Shown here: positions 11,031 to 25,424 of the stretch, piece after piece
Position numbering within the stretch: the stretch's first letter is position 1
Layout of the letters: every line of letters starts with the position of its first letter
NCBI RefSeq assembly: GCF_006345805.1
Contig: NC_043022.1
Coordinates: 24,490,001-24,554,000, forward strand
Length of the DNA: 64,000 nt
Direction: 5' to 3'
Source: Octopus sinensis
Lineage: Eukaryota
Notes under the pieces: generated by a model
What the model was told of the DNA's origin: nothing
What the model saw: only the letters and a program-made list of their open reading frames with translations
Database searches by the model: none
Made by a program: the position numbers and the translations under genes

Positions 11031-11270
11031 AAGCAGACACAGTCAGCAGGGCTGGATTAGGGGCTAACAATAGCAAAAGATATTGTATTAAACACACAAA
11101 CACACACAAAAGGGAGCCCAGAAGCCTTCAAACACAGGGGCTAAAAAGAAAAGAAAAGAAGCAGAGACGGTCAGCAGGGCTAAATTAGGGGCTAAACAAC
11201 TACAACAAATGATATTGTATCAAGCACACACGCAAAAAGGGCCCAGAAGCTTTCTAAAACAGAGACTACT
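11031..11270. repeat. Diverged direct duplication (~125 bp x2)
   Basis: gtcagcagggctggattaggggctaa...gatattgtatt...gcccagaagc is repeated as gtcagcagggctaaattaggggctaa...gatattgtatc...gcccagaagc. Confidence 0.75.
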
Positions 11271-11946
11271 ACTTGTTATTTAAATGGGTTAGAAGTGGAG
11301 AAAATAAAATTGCTAGTTCTATAAAATGATTTTGTGGTTTCTACTGTTTAACTTCAAATTCCAATGTCAATATCCTCCTACTAGAGCACGCGCGTGTGTG
11401 TGTGTGTGTTTTGTATGTGTTAATTATTGTTTGAATATGTCTAATGTCTAATGTGTGTGTATGTGTGTATGACATGTCACTCTCTCTCTCTCACACACAC
11501 ACACACAATACATTTGTGTATGAATCAATGTTTGCCAATATTATGCTGTTCGATATATGTGTGAATGGTCACATACATGTTAGACACATGAAAAACTTGT
11601 GCATAAATCATTGTTTGTATATGTGTATACTAACATATGTATGACTGCCATATGTACATGGACACACAGACACACATAAATAAACAGCAAGAAGTTTTAA
11701 ATGAAGACTGTCCAATAATCTGTGTGTGTGTGTGTGTGTGTGTAAGCACATGTATGTACACAAAGGTTTGTGCCTAAATTATTGTGTGTGTATATGTAGG
11801 CTCGTGTGCAGAGAAATCTGAGTAAAGACTACAGTTAGCTCATGTATATGTGTGAGTGTTTATATATAATCTGAAAGATATGTCTTTTGCTTTTATACAC
11901 ACACACACATATAATACATGCAGACATGCACTGAGTGTGTGTGTGT

Positions 11947-12013
11947 GTTATATATATATTATATATATATAATATATATATATAATATATATATATGTGT
12001 GTGTATGTATGTA

Positions 12014-12054
<41 letters not shown>

Positions 12055-12099
12055 TAATATATATATATATATATATATATATAATACACATATACACAT

Positions 12100-12141
<42 letters not shown>

Positions 12142-12144
12142 ATG

Positions 12145-12194
<50 letters not shown>

Positions 12195-12275
12195 CACATA
12201 TACACATACACAATATATATATATATATATACATACATATACATATGTATGTATATATATATATATGTATATATG
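11947..12275. repeat. (TA)n/(CA)n compound microsatellite
   Basis: Direct reading. Confidence 0.95.
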
Positions 12276-12516
12276 TGTGCGCATGCATATTTATAAAATA
12301 GTATTGTCACATTACCATACGCATACACAATTATGAAACAACTCAACAACAAATAAAAGCAAAGGGAAGGAGGTGGGGGGGAAACCCTCAGGCTACATGT
12401 GGGGTCTGAGATGAATATGGAAATAATATTTATTTAAGACAAATCTGTGAGAAATGAGAGGAGAAAGGAGTAATAGAACTGATTGCAAAACCTTACTCCT
12501 TCCTCTCCACCTACAT

Positions 12517-12553
<37 letters not shown>

Positions 12554-12814
12554 CTGTCTATCTCTTTCTCACTCACCCTCCAGGCATCATATTAATCATA
12601 CATAACTCTTCCTCGTCCAACCATACTCTCTCTCCTTCTCTGTTAATCATACTCTTCATACATAATTACAAATTGATATATTTAAAACATTTAGTTTATT
12701 TGATAATCTGCTGCAATCAATATTTTCACATCAAGTAATAACACAGACAGTATGGTCACTGTTGCTATATTCTGGGGGCAGGTGGTGGGTTTATGAAGGC
12801 TGGTGGATGGCTGG

Positions 12815-12922
12815 GTAGATAGACAGATAGACAGATAGATAGAGAGAGAGACAGACAGATAGTTAGACATATAGACAGACAGATAGATAGACATAAAGAC
12901 AGACAGACAGATAGATAGATAG

Positions 12923-12954
<32 letters not shown>

Positions 12955-13145
12955 AGAGACAGACAGACAGATAGACATATAGATAGACAGATAGAGAGAC
13001 AGATAGATAGATAGACATATAGACAAACAGACAGACAGACAGACAGATAGATAAATAGACATATAGATAGATAGATAAAGACACAGACAGGCAAAGAGAG
13101 ACAGTTTGTAGATGGATAAAGATAGATAGAAAGAAAGAAAGAAAC
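12815..13145. repeat. (GATA/GACA)n tetranucleotide array
   Basis: Direct reading. Confidence 0.95.
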
Positions 13146-13502
13146 AGACGAATAGACGAATCATCTATTTCTCTAGATGATAGACCATTAAACAGATATA
13201 TGGTTATGGGGTAGAAGGAGGGGTGGGTTTAGGTAGTTAGGGAGGTTGGAAAGATGGATATTTCATCGAATTGAAATATCCATCTGTCCCCTCTTCTGTG
13301 CTGGCAATGAGCTGGACAGTTTGATAGGATCCAAGTCAGAGAGCCTACTCTGTTTCTCAGTTTTGGTAGGGCTTCTATGGCTGGATGCCCTTCCTAATGC
13401 AAACCACTTTGCAGAGCGTAACAGGTATGTTTCTGTGAAAGGAGAGTAGGAGAGCGAGAGAAAGTGATGACTTTAGACAGGGTGATGAACACATGAAGTA
13501 GG

Positions 13503-13554
<52 letters not shown>

Positions 13555-13697
13555 TATACATGATGGTGTTCTTTCAGTTTCATCTACTAAATCCATTCAC
13601 AAGGTTTTGGTCAGCCTGCAGCTACAGCAGAAGACACTTGCCTAAGGTGCCATATGTGTGTATGTGAGAGAGAGAGAGAGAGGGGGGAGACAGAGAG

Positions 13698-13728
<31 letters not shown>

Positions 13729-14096
13729 TCCAAAGACTAAGAAATTATGCCAATGAAGAATTCAATACATTTGAATATAGAGTATAATTATTTTTATTTT
13801 GAATGCCACAAAAGTAAGAATTGTTTCTTTAGGGGGCTTCAATACACAAACACACACACACACACCACACACACACAACACACGTAGACAAACAAAAACA
13901 TAGCTAAATAGGTAGTTAGCAACTCCAAGAAAGACTTGCGCAATGGATCTGATGACTTATTTATTATAAGAAGATAAGACAGAAATGAAAGTTAACAGAG
14001 AAACACTAAATGGAATGTATAAACACACACATACACACAGATATACACGAATACACATGTATATATATATACACACACATACATATATATACACAA

Positions 14097-14133
<37 letters not shown>

Positions 14134-14606
14134 GACAGGTATACACATGTATGTAAGGAGTAGTACAAAGAGAGGAGGTATGGGTGTAAGGGTTGGTGTG
14201 AGTTAGTAAGGAGGTTAAGAAGGGAGAGAGGAAGGGGGGAAGAAAAAGAAAGAATGAAGGAAGGAGTGAAGGGGACAGCTTTGAAATAATTTACTGCAAT
14301 AGTTCAGTACAACTTTATATCAAACACTCCAGTGATAAGCCTCAGGAACATTCTAGTTTCAAGTAGACAGATAAAGATTTAGAAGTTTCTCAAATTTCCA
14401 CAGTTGTTCTATATACACATCACAGCAAATGAAAGAAGCCGCGCGCGCGCGCGTGTGTGTGTGTGTGTGTGTGTGAGTGCAGGCACATGCCCCCCCCTGC
14501 AACCAACTCTGTCACAGCACCCACCACCACCCCATGCCACTAGGTCTTTTCTTGCTTATTGATGATGGTGATGATGGTGATTTTTAAAAATTTCTTTATG
14601 CATAAA

Positions 14607-14950
14607 TCAGTCATTGGTGTGTGGCCATGCTGGAACACTCACTACCTCAAAAGGTTTTATAGTTGAACAGATCGACCATAGTACTTAGTTTTCCTTCTAA
14701 AAAAAAGCCTGGTACTTATTTTATCAGTCACTTTTGCTGAACCACTAAGTTAGAAGGGACATAAACAAACCAATACCAGTTATGAGGTAGAGCTGAGAAA
14801 CACAAACACAGAATGGGCTTCTTTCAGTTTCTGTCTACCAAAGCCTTCTGAGTGGAGGTCTACAACTGAAGTCACTTGCTGGAGGTACCACACAGTGGGA
14901 CTGAACCTGGGGCCTTGCAGTTGAGATACAAACTCCTAACCACACTGCTC
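14607..14950 (-). mobile_element. Family A SINE, diverged
   Basis: tcagtcattgg...ccatgctggaacac...gtgggactgaacct...cacactgctc. Confidence 0.8.
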
Positions 14951-15206
14951 TTTTAATGATGGAAAAATAATCTTTTATAGCAATTTCTAAAACAACAGGT
15001 ACAAAAGCCATATATTTTGGGAGGATGGAGAAGGGAGGTTTAGGGTGGGTGGGGAGCAGTCATATCAAGGCTGTGTACTTGATTGTTGCTCTGTTTTATT
15101 GATTCCCCAACCCAGAAGGACAATCTGGGCAAAGTTGACCTCACTCATGAGGATTTGAAGCAGAACCTTAAAAAAAAAAAGAGGAGGAGGAAGCCGATGA
15201 CAACGA

Positions 15207-15509
15207 GAAGAAGAAGAAGAAGAAGAAGAAGAAGAAGAAGAAGAAGAAGAAGAAGAAGAAGAAGAAAAAGAAGAAGAAGAAGAAGAAGGAAAAGAAGATG
15301 GAGGAGGAGAAGAAGAAGATGATGATGATGAAGACGAAAAAGACGATGAAGAAGACAAAGAAGAAGAAGATGATGATGATGATGATGAAGATGATGAAGA
15401 AGAAAAAGACGAAGAAGACAAAGAAAAAGATGATGAAGAAGACAAAGAAGAAGAAGAAGAAGAAGAAGAAGAAGAAGAAGAAGAAGAAGAAGAAGAAGAA
15501 GAAGAAGAA
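15207..15509 (+). repeat. Compound (GAA/GAT/GAC) trinucleotide array
   Basis: Direct reading; shares a 26-mer with 978-1238. Confidence 0.95.
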
Positions 15510-16217
15510 AGGCCTTCTGTCCTGGGGTTTCCATCATTGGTGGTGATGCATCCCACTCCATGATGATGATTTATTTCATTTACAAGTAATGGTTTAAACC
15601 AGAAGTGAAGAACAGCAAAACAGAGAGAGAGAGTAGAAGAGGATAGTGGTGAGGGCAATGGTTGTGGTGGAGCCGGCAGTGGCGGTGGTGTTGATGGCAC
15701 TGGCGGCATATCATTGAGACTGTGTTTATCTGTAGTGTAGTGTTGCCTGTGTTGTTATCACTTGTTTTCATGACATATATTGTCCAAAACACCAGTGTGG
15801 ATTACCATGGTATCATGTTATAAACACCAGATTTTCTTTCTCCCCCCTCTCTCCCTCCCTCACCCCCCATTTCTTGGTTCTTGTCTGATTACCAAACTGA
15901 AGCAAGATAAGACACTACTTAGTACTTTAATGGTTACCCCCACCTCCCCACCAGACCTTAGAAACCTAGGTGCCTTAAACATCCTCAAAGAATTTACTAA
16001 GAAGGGAGCTTTTAAAAAATAAAAAAAACCTCGCCATAGCAACCAAATTTACATACATACATCCTGTCATTTTTAAAACAGGAGGAACATATTAAGATGG
16101 ACAATGCAAGCTTAGAAATACAAAAAACAGGTGGGATGGTCAAGGTTGGAACACTTTAGGTCATATGTCTATTTGATCAGGCCTGACCTAGAACTAAACA
16201 ATGACAGCCAGATCTGG

Positions 16218-16311
16218 TTTAGGTTTTAGAGTCAGGTTTAGTGTTGTGGGTTATGGGTTAGGGTTGGGCTTAGGATTAGGGTTTGGATTTAGGGTTTAGG
16301 TTAGGGTTAGA
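16218..16311 (+). repeat. Degenerate telomere-like (TTAGGG) tract
   Basis: Exact TTAGGG at 16258, 16276, 16289 and 16301 among variants. Confidence 0.65.
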
Positions 16312-16505
16312 TTGCATGCAAAAGTGTAAATGGCTAGGCAGATTGCACCATTGGGGTTATTTTCCATTATCCATGAAAAATAGCATAACAAAAAATGCAT
16401 GAGAGATATAGATTGAATGCAATTGATAATAGGCTTTGCTGAGCCGAGGCTGAGCATCTGACAGGGGATGGAAGTTAAACAACAAAATACATTGATAAAA
16501 CACCC

Positions 16506-16733
16506 TTAACCCTTTCGTTACTCTATTTATTTTGAGATGCTCTGTGTTTCTTTCGGTTACTTTAAATATAACAAATAATTTAGTAAAATAACTTAGTTAT
16601 CATTCAGCTAGTGTTAGGAACATAAATTGTGACTAAGGTTTGGTGGAAGATTTTAATTCAAAACTTATGAAAATAAGACATTTGAACTCAGAGCCAGAGC
16701 CAGTTTCAGCCGGGCTGGAAATGAAAGGGTTAA
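16506..16733 (+). mobile_element. Family E MITE, piggyBac-like (TTAA TSD, CCCTTT TIR)
   Basis: TTAA-CCCTTTCGTTAC ... GAAATGAAAGGG-TTAA; same internal sequence at 28018 (inverted) and 52320. Confidence 0.85.
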
Positions 16734-16846
16734 TTAAATTTCAGAAATCATTGAGAAATAGCAGCTCAGCAAATAACTCTCAGATCACTTCCACTTTGAA
16801 AGGGGAAGGACACAATGTCTCCAGGTAATCCTAAATATATATTTTC

Positions 16847-17186
16847 ATCTTTTACTGGTTTCAGTCAAAAGAATTGATCCTGTTACTTGTTTATTAAAGC
16901 TTTTATTTTATTGGTCTCTTTTGCACAACCACTAAGTCATGAGGATGTAAACAAACCAACATCAGTTATCAAGCAGTGATTGGGGGGAGGGAGACAAGCA
17001 CAGACACAGACGCACACACACACACAATAGGCTTCTTTCAGTTTTTGTCTACCAAAGCCGCTCACAAGTCTTCTGACAGCCTGGGCCTTAGTAGAGGACA
17101 CTTGCCTAAGGTGCTGTGCAGTGGGACTGAACCCAAAACCATGTGATTGGGAAAGAAACTTGTTATCAGGCAGCCACACCTACACC
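16847..17186 (-). mobile_element. Family A SINE, internally deleted
   Basis: Tail atcttttactggtttcagtc through head cagccacacctacacc. Confidence 0.8.
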
Positions 17187-17321
17187 TACACAAAAAAGGT
17201 TAGAATCATCACAGCTGGAATGCCTTAGACTATAGATCTATGGGATCAGGACCCAATTAGATTTAAGGCTGAACAACAAAATTTATCCATCATGCTTTAG
17301 GGGATGATTCTGTTAACTGGC

Positions 17322-17545
17322 TTAACACTTTAGCAGTTAAACCAGTCATATCCGGCCTAAATATTTTGTTTCCAGTTGAAACTGGACAGATCTGGCCTTT
17401 CACATCTACTCTACAATGTCATTCAGAAAATATACAGTCACATCATCAAAATTTTGAAGCTATGAGATAATGTATGATTAACCCAAAACAATGTGGATCA
17501 ATAAGCATTACACTTGACAAAGTAATCTGAATGCTAAAGGGTTAC
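17322..17545 (-). mobile_element. Family F MITE
   Basis: ttaacactttagcagttaaaccagtcatatccggcc ... ctgaatgctaaagggtta. Confidence 0.82.
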
Positions 17546-18121
17546 AGCCCTGCTATGTTCCCATGCTGCCATATATTCAGAGTGGAACATCTATATTCTG
17601 GCTGATAACCAAGTACTGAGAAAATAAGGTCAAATGAGTAAACCTGGCCACCACCACCACTTCTAGGAAGATTTTTCACTAAGTGACCTCCAAACTTCTA
17701 TCTATGAACAACAACAACAACAGTAAGCTCAATACTGCCAAACCTGTACAACAGCTTCACTTGTCCAAGATAGAGGTGAATAGAGTATTGTGATTATTAT
17801 TATTATTATTATTATTATATTATTAACATTATTCCTGAGTCAGCGAGTTGGTAGAATTGTTGGCTCACAAGGCAAAATGCTGAGCAGTCGATAAAAGAAG
17901 TACCAAGGTTTCTTTTTTTCTTTAAATATATATATTTTTTCACTTCTACATTGTCTCCAATGTCTTAGGTCCTTATGCCCATAAAAAAAAAATTCATTAT
18001 CAATATAAAAACTATCTTCCACAGAAGGCAAGAAAACCTAAGTCAAAATATCCACACACACACACACACACACATCAACATGTACAGAGTATCAGTTTCA
18101 TGGCCAGCAATTCTGAAAGAG

Positions 18122-18293
18122 GGTACTAATTATAACGACCCCCAGTACTCAACTGATACTTCCTTTATTGGCCCCAGAAGGATGAAAGGCTAAGTTGAAC
18201 TCGGCTGAATTTGAACTCAGAACATATAAAAAACCAAATATCGCTAAGCATTTTTGCTGGCACAGTAAACTATTCTACCAGCTCACCACCCTA
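18122..18293 (-). mobile_element. Family C SINE, degenerate
   Basis: gacccccagtactcaactgatactt...gaatttgaactcagaac...ccagctcaccaccct. Confidence 0.78.
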
Positions 18294-18559
18294 AACACAA
18301 TCTACAAATCAGCACAAACCCACAGATTGACATAAGAAACACTATGGTTAAACAAAGGAGGAAAAGAAGAGCCATCAGGAATTCATGACAGTCAACTATT
18401 TTAATCAAATTGTGACTTTCGACAACTGTGAATGCACACACATATGTGCATGTTTGCATGCATGCACAATCAGATACATTGCACACAGCACCTTGTTGGT
18501 TTGAAATTTACTTACATACAATACATGTGTACTTAAACAAACATGCACACATAGATATA

Positions 18560-18605
18560 CGTATAAGGATGTTTGCGTGTGTGTGTGTGTATATATACAT
18601 ATGTG

Positions 18606-18638
<33 letters not shown>

Positions 18639-18846
18639 GTGTGTATATGTATATACACACACATATATATATATATGTGTGTGTGTGTGTATATGTATAT
18701 ATACATACATATATAAATGTTTGTGTGTGTGTGTGTATGTATATATACATACATACACACATATACATACCTATTATCAGATGCCACACTTGTACTGAAT
18801 CCTCTATTCAGTTAATGTTTGCTAGTTTTTTTACACATGCACAATT

Positions 18847-18902
<56 letters not shown>

Positions 18903-19080
18903 CACATATACATATATATTTTATATATATACATATATACACACAAATATATATTTATTATATATACACACACATGTATATATACACATGAATATATATG
19001 CATATGCATGCATATATACAGACACACACGCACACATTACAATATTATATTTGCATATGCACACACACACACACACACGC
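18560..19080. repeat. (TG/TA/CA)n compound microsatellite region
   Basis: Direct reading. Confidence 0.92.
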
Positions 19081-19235
19081 TTACACATATGAAGCACAAA
19101 AAGTAGCGGTGAGAGGGGGAGAAGATGGCGACAAAAACGAGCCCCCCACTCCAATATACACACGCACAAAACTAAACATTCAAAAGATAAACCATTCAAA
19201 GTCTTCTTTTCACATGTTTTTCTCAATGTAAAGGA

Positions 19236-19288
<53 letters not shown>

Positions 19289-20724
19289 GAAGAAGAACAA
19301 TAACAACAACAACAACAGCAACAGCAGCAGCAGATATGATGATAAATAAATTAATCTTTGAATTACAAAACTAATCAGTAAACAAGATTAAGAAAAATCT
19401 ATGTTCACCCCCACCACACATACACCTCGACCAATGTTAGAAAGAAAAATTAAAAAAAGAAAAATTTCGAAAGAAAAATACTTAAAAAAAACAACAATTA
19501 CACCGCTACCTCCAACTCCACCACCACCAATAGCAACAACAAGAACACTGTTAATAAAACGAAAGTAATAATATAAAAACCATTTTTTAAAGATATTTTA
19601 AAAGATAAAAAAAAAAAATGTAAAATTTAAGTATTCCTAAATGTTACAAAAGCACTTTTCTTTCAATTCAATAATGTATTAATGATTTAAATTAAAAATG
19701 TAGGAGAGGAAACGACTTGAAGGGGGGAGGGGAATAGCAGATACAAGCAACAACAACAACAACAACATGGTTTTAATAACATTGCGCCATAGTTTGTTTT
19801 GTTTGGTTATGCCGTTTTGTTGTTGTTGTTTTTTTAAATTTTTTTTTCAGTTAGTTAATCTGTGTTATATAGAAAATTTGTTGTAGCAGAATTTGCTTAA
19901 GCTACAGTTGATAAAGACAGATCAGTGGTGGTGACAGGATGCCCTGTTAAGCACAAATTAAATCTGCGAGTAGTGAACACTCCCATCCTCTTTTTTCCTG
20001 TAAGAGTTTGGGGATTAAATTTAATCTGTGAGTGTCAGGCAGAGAGGGATAAGAAACAGACCCTCAACCACAGAAGTCACCACCATCACCACCACCACTC
20101 TGAGTAATGTGCTAATTTGTTACAGATAATCTAAGAAGGGAAAAAAAAACCAAAAAAACAGAGAGATACTTGGTAACTATTCCTTCTTGAAACAAATATG
20201 TAGAATACGTAAAAACAGAGTATGTAGAATTAAGTGCCTTGCCCATCCAGAACAGAATTATTCTCAACAGATGTGTGTATGGACAAAGTTTTCATCATCA
20301 TCTGATCAACCTTGCTGAGACGTTTTTGACTTGCTCATGCCATCCACCTCAGTCCTGCATCAGTTGAGAGAGGGAAAACCTTCAGGGTGGCATCCGGTGT
20401 CTATGGTGGGTTGACCTACACAAGTTGTGTTTGAATGGCATACACAGCAGTAAGTCACTTACCAGCTCTTGCATTGCTCTGCCCTTATAGGTGACTAAAA
20501 CCAACACAACACAGGGGAAATGCCACTGGAAATCACACAACCTACTAGAAATAGCTGTGGTATCTCTCCTGATGATGCTCACACTTACAACAATACCTTT
20601 ATGTAGTCACACAACCTATGAGACATAGTAACCATCTTTCCTTCGGTGTCTCTCAGACCAGTCACAGTGCTACTATGTAATCACATAACCTACTAGAAAT
20701 TACAGCTACAACTCTCTGAAAGCA

Positions 20725-21048
20725 CATGAGAGACCATGGGATTGCACCTAGAAGGTTACTGCTTGAGGCGCAAGTCCAGGCAAGGTTGTTTATGGAAGAC
20801 CAACAGTTGCCCATATATACCAGCCTCCCCTCTTCTCACCACTGATGTTATCCAAGGGAAAGGCAGAGGTTGATAAAGCTTGGCACCAGTGACTGTTGCA
20901 ACTCATTTCTACAGCTGAGTGAACTGGAGCATCGTGAAACAAAGTGTCTTGCTCAATCAAGAACACAACATGCAGCCTGATCTGGGAATTGAACTCACTG
21001 CTGCGTGATTGTGAGCCTGATGCTCTTACCACTGAGCCATGTGCCTTC
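20725..21048 (-). mobile_element. Family H tRNA-derived SINE
   Basis: Minus strand GAAGGCACATGGCTCAGTGGTAAGAGCA...GAGTTCAATTCCC, then gagcaagacactttgtttcacgatgctccagttcactcagctg, a central block shared with family G. Confidence 0.75.
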
Positions 21049-21081
21049 CCTAGTAGTAGTAATAATGATGATGATGATGAT

Positions 21082-21122
<41 letters not shown>

Positions 21123-22330
21123 TAATAATAATTTGTAATATTAGCACATGGCAACACACACACACACACACACAGAGCAACTTATTTTACATAACCTGCA
21201 ATAATGGAAAGCTGAGATGGTCCTGATTGTATATGAACTCCGAGCAGTCGAATATACAGCCAACTGCTTCAAATCATGTATGATGGCTTGACCATTCCTA
21301 TGGCAATCCATCATCCTCATCACATAAGACGTGGGTAAGATGATGATGGTGAGATGGTAATTGCAGGTCTAACTGTATATCATTAACTAGAGTTAATAGA
21401 TTCTGTTCACAGCAGCCATAAATGTGACAAGATGCAGCTGGATGGCTTGGATGTAGAAGACAGACAGTGTAAGCCGATGTCTCTGTAACGAAATGGACGT
21501 GTAACCCGGGGGCGGGGGTGGAAGGGAGGTGGGTTGTAAGTTATAACATAAACATTAGATGTTTTACTGAAGATTTAAACCAATTTGGAATAAAGTAGAA
21601 CAGGGAATTCTGGGGGCCAGACAGCAGGCATTGTTTTAACAGCAGACGTATGTATGTTACAGTCATTAGTAAGAAGATTCTTCAAGAGAAAGCCTCAAAA
21701 CCAGGTTGGAGTGAAAAAGCAACAATAGATATAAGTAAGATAAACCAACAGTGCCTCAGTGTTGCGGTGTAGTTCTAGCCACCACCTATCTTTCCCTCCC
21801 CCCGCCTCGCCCTGTCTCACCTTTCTTTACCTCCCATATATTAATACTGTAGCACTGCTATGCAATACGGTAGATAATTTGTTTGTAGAACCAAATGAAA
21901 AATCCATCAGCAAGGCTGGAATATTAGGAGAGGCAGCAGGGTCTCTTGATGACTTCACTGAATAGCAATCATTTAATGGTTTCTAGTGATACTGATCTTC
22001 CTCTGAAGAAACATAACACAAAACTTTAACATGAGAGGATATAACTCGCAGCCCAGAGATGATGGGGCATCTTAAGTCAACAGTTAACCCTTTAAGTTAA
22101 AGAAGCAAAGCAACTTAACTCTGCAGTTGACCGTGCAGTCTGGAAATTTAAATCTACAGTCAGCTGCTAGCAAGTGAGCAGGCGAGTAATACTCGGTAGC
22201 ATACATCGAGCTTTCATTACATGTTTTAGGTACCCACAGAAACAGATACATTCTTACTCCAACTCAGCCCACTCTTGACTCCTTGACTCAGCAGATAATC
22301 CAGGATGTGCCAATTATATATATGTATATA

Positions 22331-22759
<429 letters not shown>

Positions 22760-23862
22760 CAGTTATATGACCTCTGCTGGTACTCACTTTTTCAGTTCAG
22801 AGATACAACATGCCACTTAGTCTAGGAAATGAAACCCACAACCTTACAAATATGATTCCAAGAGCTTGCCTACCCAGAGATCAGAGCTGCCATATTGAGA
22901 AGATGAAATAACTCTACAGCTGCTAACATCAGCATAACACAAGGGGCAAGAAATGGCAGAAACAGTGTAATAGTGGTATTGCCGAGGTCAACAAATAAAG
23001 TACCAGTCATATACTAAGCTCAATTCAACGAACCCTCATACTTCTAGAAGAAATCAGAAAGAACACTGTAAATCAGTAATATCGATTCCAAATTTTGGTG
23101 CTCAACAACGTGTCCTTGTATCTATCAAAACAACAAAAAAAAGGGTGTGTTCTGAGCAAGATTAGCTGCGATTTCTAGCAGGTCAAATGACCACATAAAG
23201 GATCCCTTATTGGTTTGTCACTCAGTTCATTGTGAGAGAAAGTGAGTGTGTGTGAGTGTATGCTTATGTTTATAAGTATTGAATACAGCATACCATCACT
23301 ACCACCACCACAAAAATAATAATAATAATAATAAACATAAATGTACTTATAACAAAATGCTAAAGGGTTTGTCCAATATTCTCCACAAAATTAGCCACTT
23401 CAATTTTCCCTGGCACGGAGCAATATATAATGTTTTTAAAACAACACTTACACACAAATTAGATAGTAAAATCATGTTTATTTATTAAGAAGAGTGTTTA
23501 CACCTCCACAATGACATTGCCTTGTCACTCAATTCGATGCCATCTTTACATTATTCTGGACATGACAAATGGACAGATGGAATCATATCCTTAATTTGTC
23601 TTGACAGATGAACTCATTTTTCTAATGGCACCAAAAAGGGCAAAAATAGATACAATAAAATAAAAAGATCTAGAATGAAATGTAGAACAAAGAAAAAAAA
23701 TCTTCATTTCTGTTTACACTTTATACTTTTAAATATTTTTGTTATTAAACTAGTTTTGTTTGTTATTAAAAGCCAATATGTTAGTTTTACAAAAGTCCTT
23801 TCCAATCAATGTTATACAGAACTTGTATCTTTTTTTCAGACATTATTATTATTATTATTATA

Positions 23863-24200
23863 AATGTGGTGAGCAGGTTGAACAAACTGCTTAGAGATAT
23901 TTCATTTGACTTTACATTCTGAGTTCAAATTCCACCAAGATGACTTTGCCTTTCATCCTTATGGGGGCAATAAAATAGGCACCAGTCAAGTAGTGGGGTT
24001 GATGTAATCAAATTCCCACTTCCACCCTATAAAACTGCTGTTCCTCTGCCAAAATTTGACTCTATTATTATAATTATTATTATTATTATTATTAAGGTGG
24101 CAAGCTGGCAGAATCATTAGCATGCCAGACAAATTGCTATGTTTCAAGTTCAAATTTTGCCACAGTCAGCCTTATCTGTCATCCTTTTAGGGTCGATAAA
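23863..24200 (+). mobile_element. Two family C SINE copies (full copy with gaaatt...ccaaaatttga tail; deleted copy)
   Basis: ctgagttcaaattccaccaagatgactttgcctttcatcc; second head aaggtggcaagctggcagaatc at about 24093. Confidence 0.78.
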
Positions 24201-24567
24201 AGATAAGGTGTGCTTAGAGGGAGATTAGCTGCAATTTCTAATAGGTCAAATGACCACATAGAGGATCCTCATTGGGATCAAAGTGCCAAAGAAGTATTGG
24301 GGCCAATGTAGTTGACTACCTTCCCAACCCTCACCCATTTCCAAGCAAAGTAGTTGTCCCTTGTTCAATCAAACAATTGAAGACCCTAGATATAGTTATG
24401 CCGTGAACTGAAAATGTGTGTGTGTGTGTGCACATGTGCCTACATGTGACATAGAGAGAATGGGGAAGTGTATCTATTTCCCTTACATCTTCCACACCCA
24501 TAGTCTTTGAGCAAGAGCTCTAGAATCAACATGTCTCAAAGCATGATAGTTTTGTCAATTTTGATAT

Positions 24568-24796
24568 TTAACTCTTTAGTGTTCACATTATTCTGCCAAA
24601 ATTAATCCTTTTTCATCCACATTGCCTTGAACTAATCATGCATTATCTTGTAGCTTTGAGATTTTGATGAGGTAGCTGTTAATTTTTAAAAGAATATTGT
24701 AGGGTTGGTCTGAGAGACCAGATCTGGCCAGTTTGAACATAAAACAGACAGAATACTTTTGGCAGGATATGGCCAGTTTAAATGCTAAAGGGTTAA
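24568..24796 (+). mobile_element. Family F MITE, complete, TTAA at both ends
   Basis: TTAA-ctctttagtgttcac ... tttaaatgctaaaggg-TTAA. Confidence 0.87.
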
Positions 24797-25424
24797 AAAC
24801 TAGTGAAATAAAACATTAAAAAATACTATACTTGAAAAGATCACAAAGGTTGCAGAAAGTAAGGGCATCTGGTTATAGACCACTACCTCAAAACGTCTTA
24901 TTCAAACCATAACAGTATGGAAAAAAAATCCAACATAAAAATGGTGGTGGTGGTGGTGGTGGTATTGATGATGATGAATATTTGAAAGAGAAATTTTCTT
25001 TTGGTAAAGTATTGTTAAATGGTCCAGTAGTATTATAAAAACTAAATTCCAAACCCTGGTGATCTTACTGGAGTTGGAGTCATGGAGTCACAAGTAACTA
25101 AAATCAGAGACAGTTAATTGTAAAATGATGCATTAAAATTTCCAGTTTTACAGACATTAAGTAGGCTGTTTATATCATCATCATTTTAATGGTCACTTTT
25201 CCATGCTTACATAGGTTGGACAGAATTTTGTTGATGTGGATTTTTCTATAGCTGTATGCCTTTAGTATAGCCAACTTTCATCTGTTTCTAAGCAAGGTAC
25301 CATTTCCTCGTGCCCAGATATGTTTTTACATAAGATTGGAAATGAATGAAAGTACTTGCATGATGGTAACATTTGTTTACAGCTGTCATGTGGTGTCATG
25401 GTGAAGAGACAGTAAAACACACAC

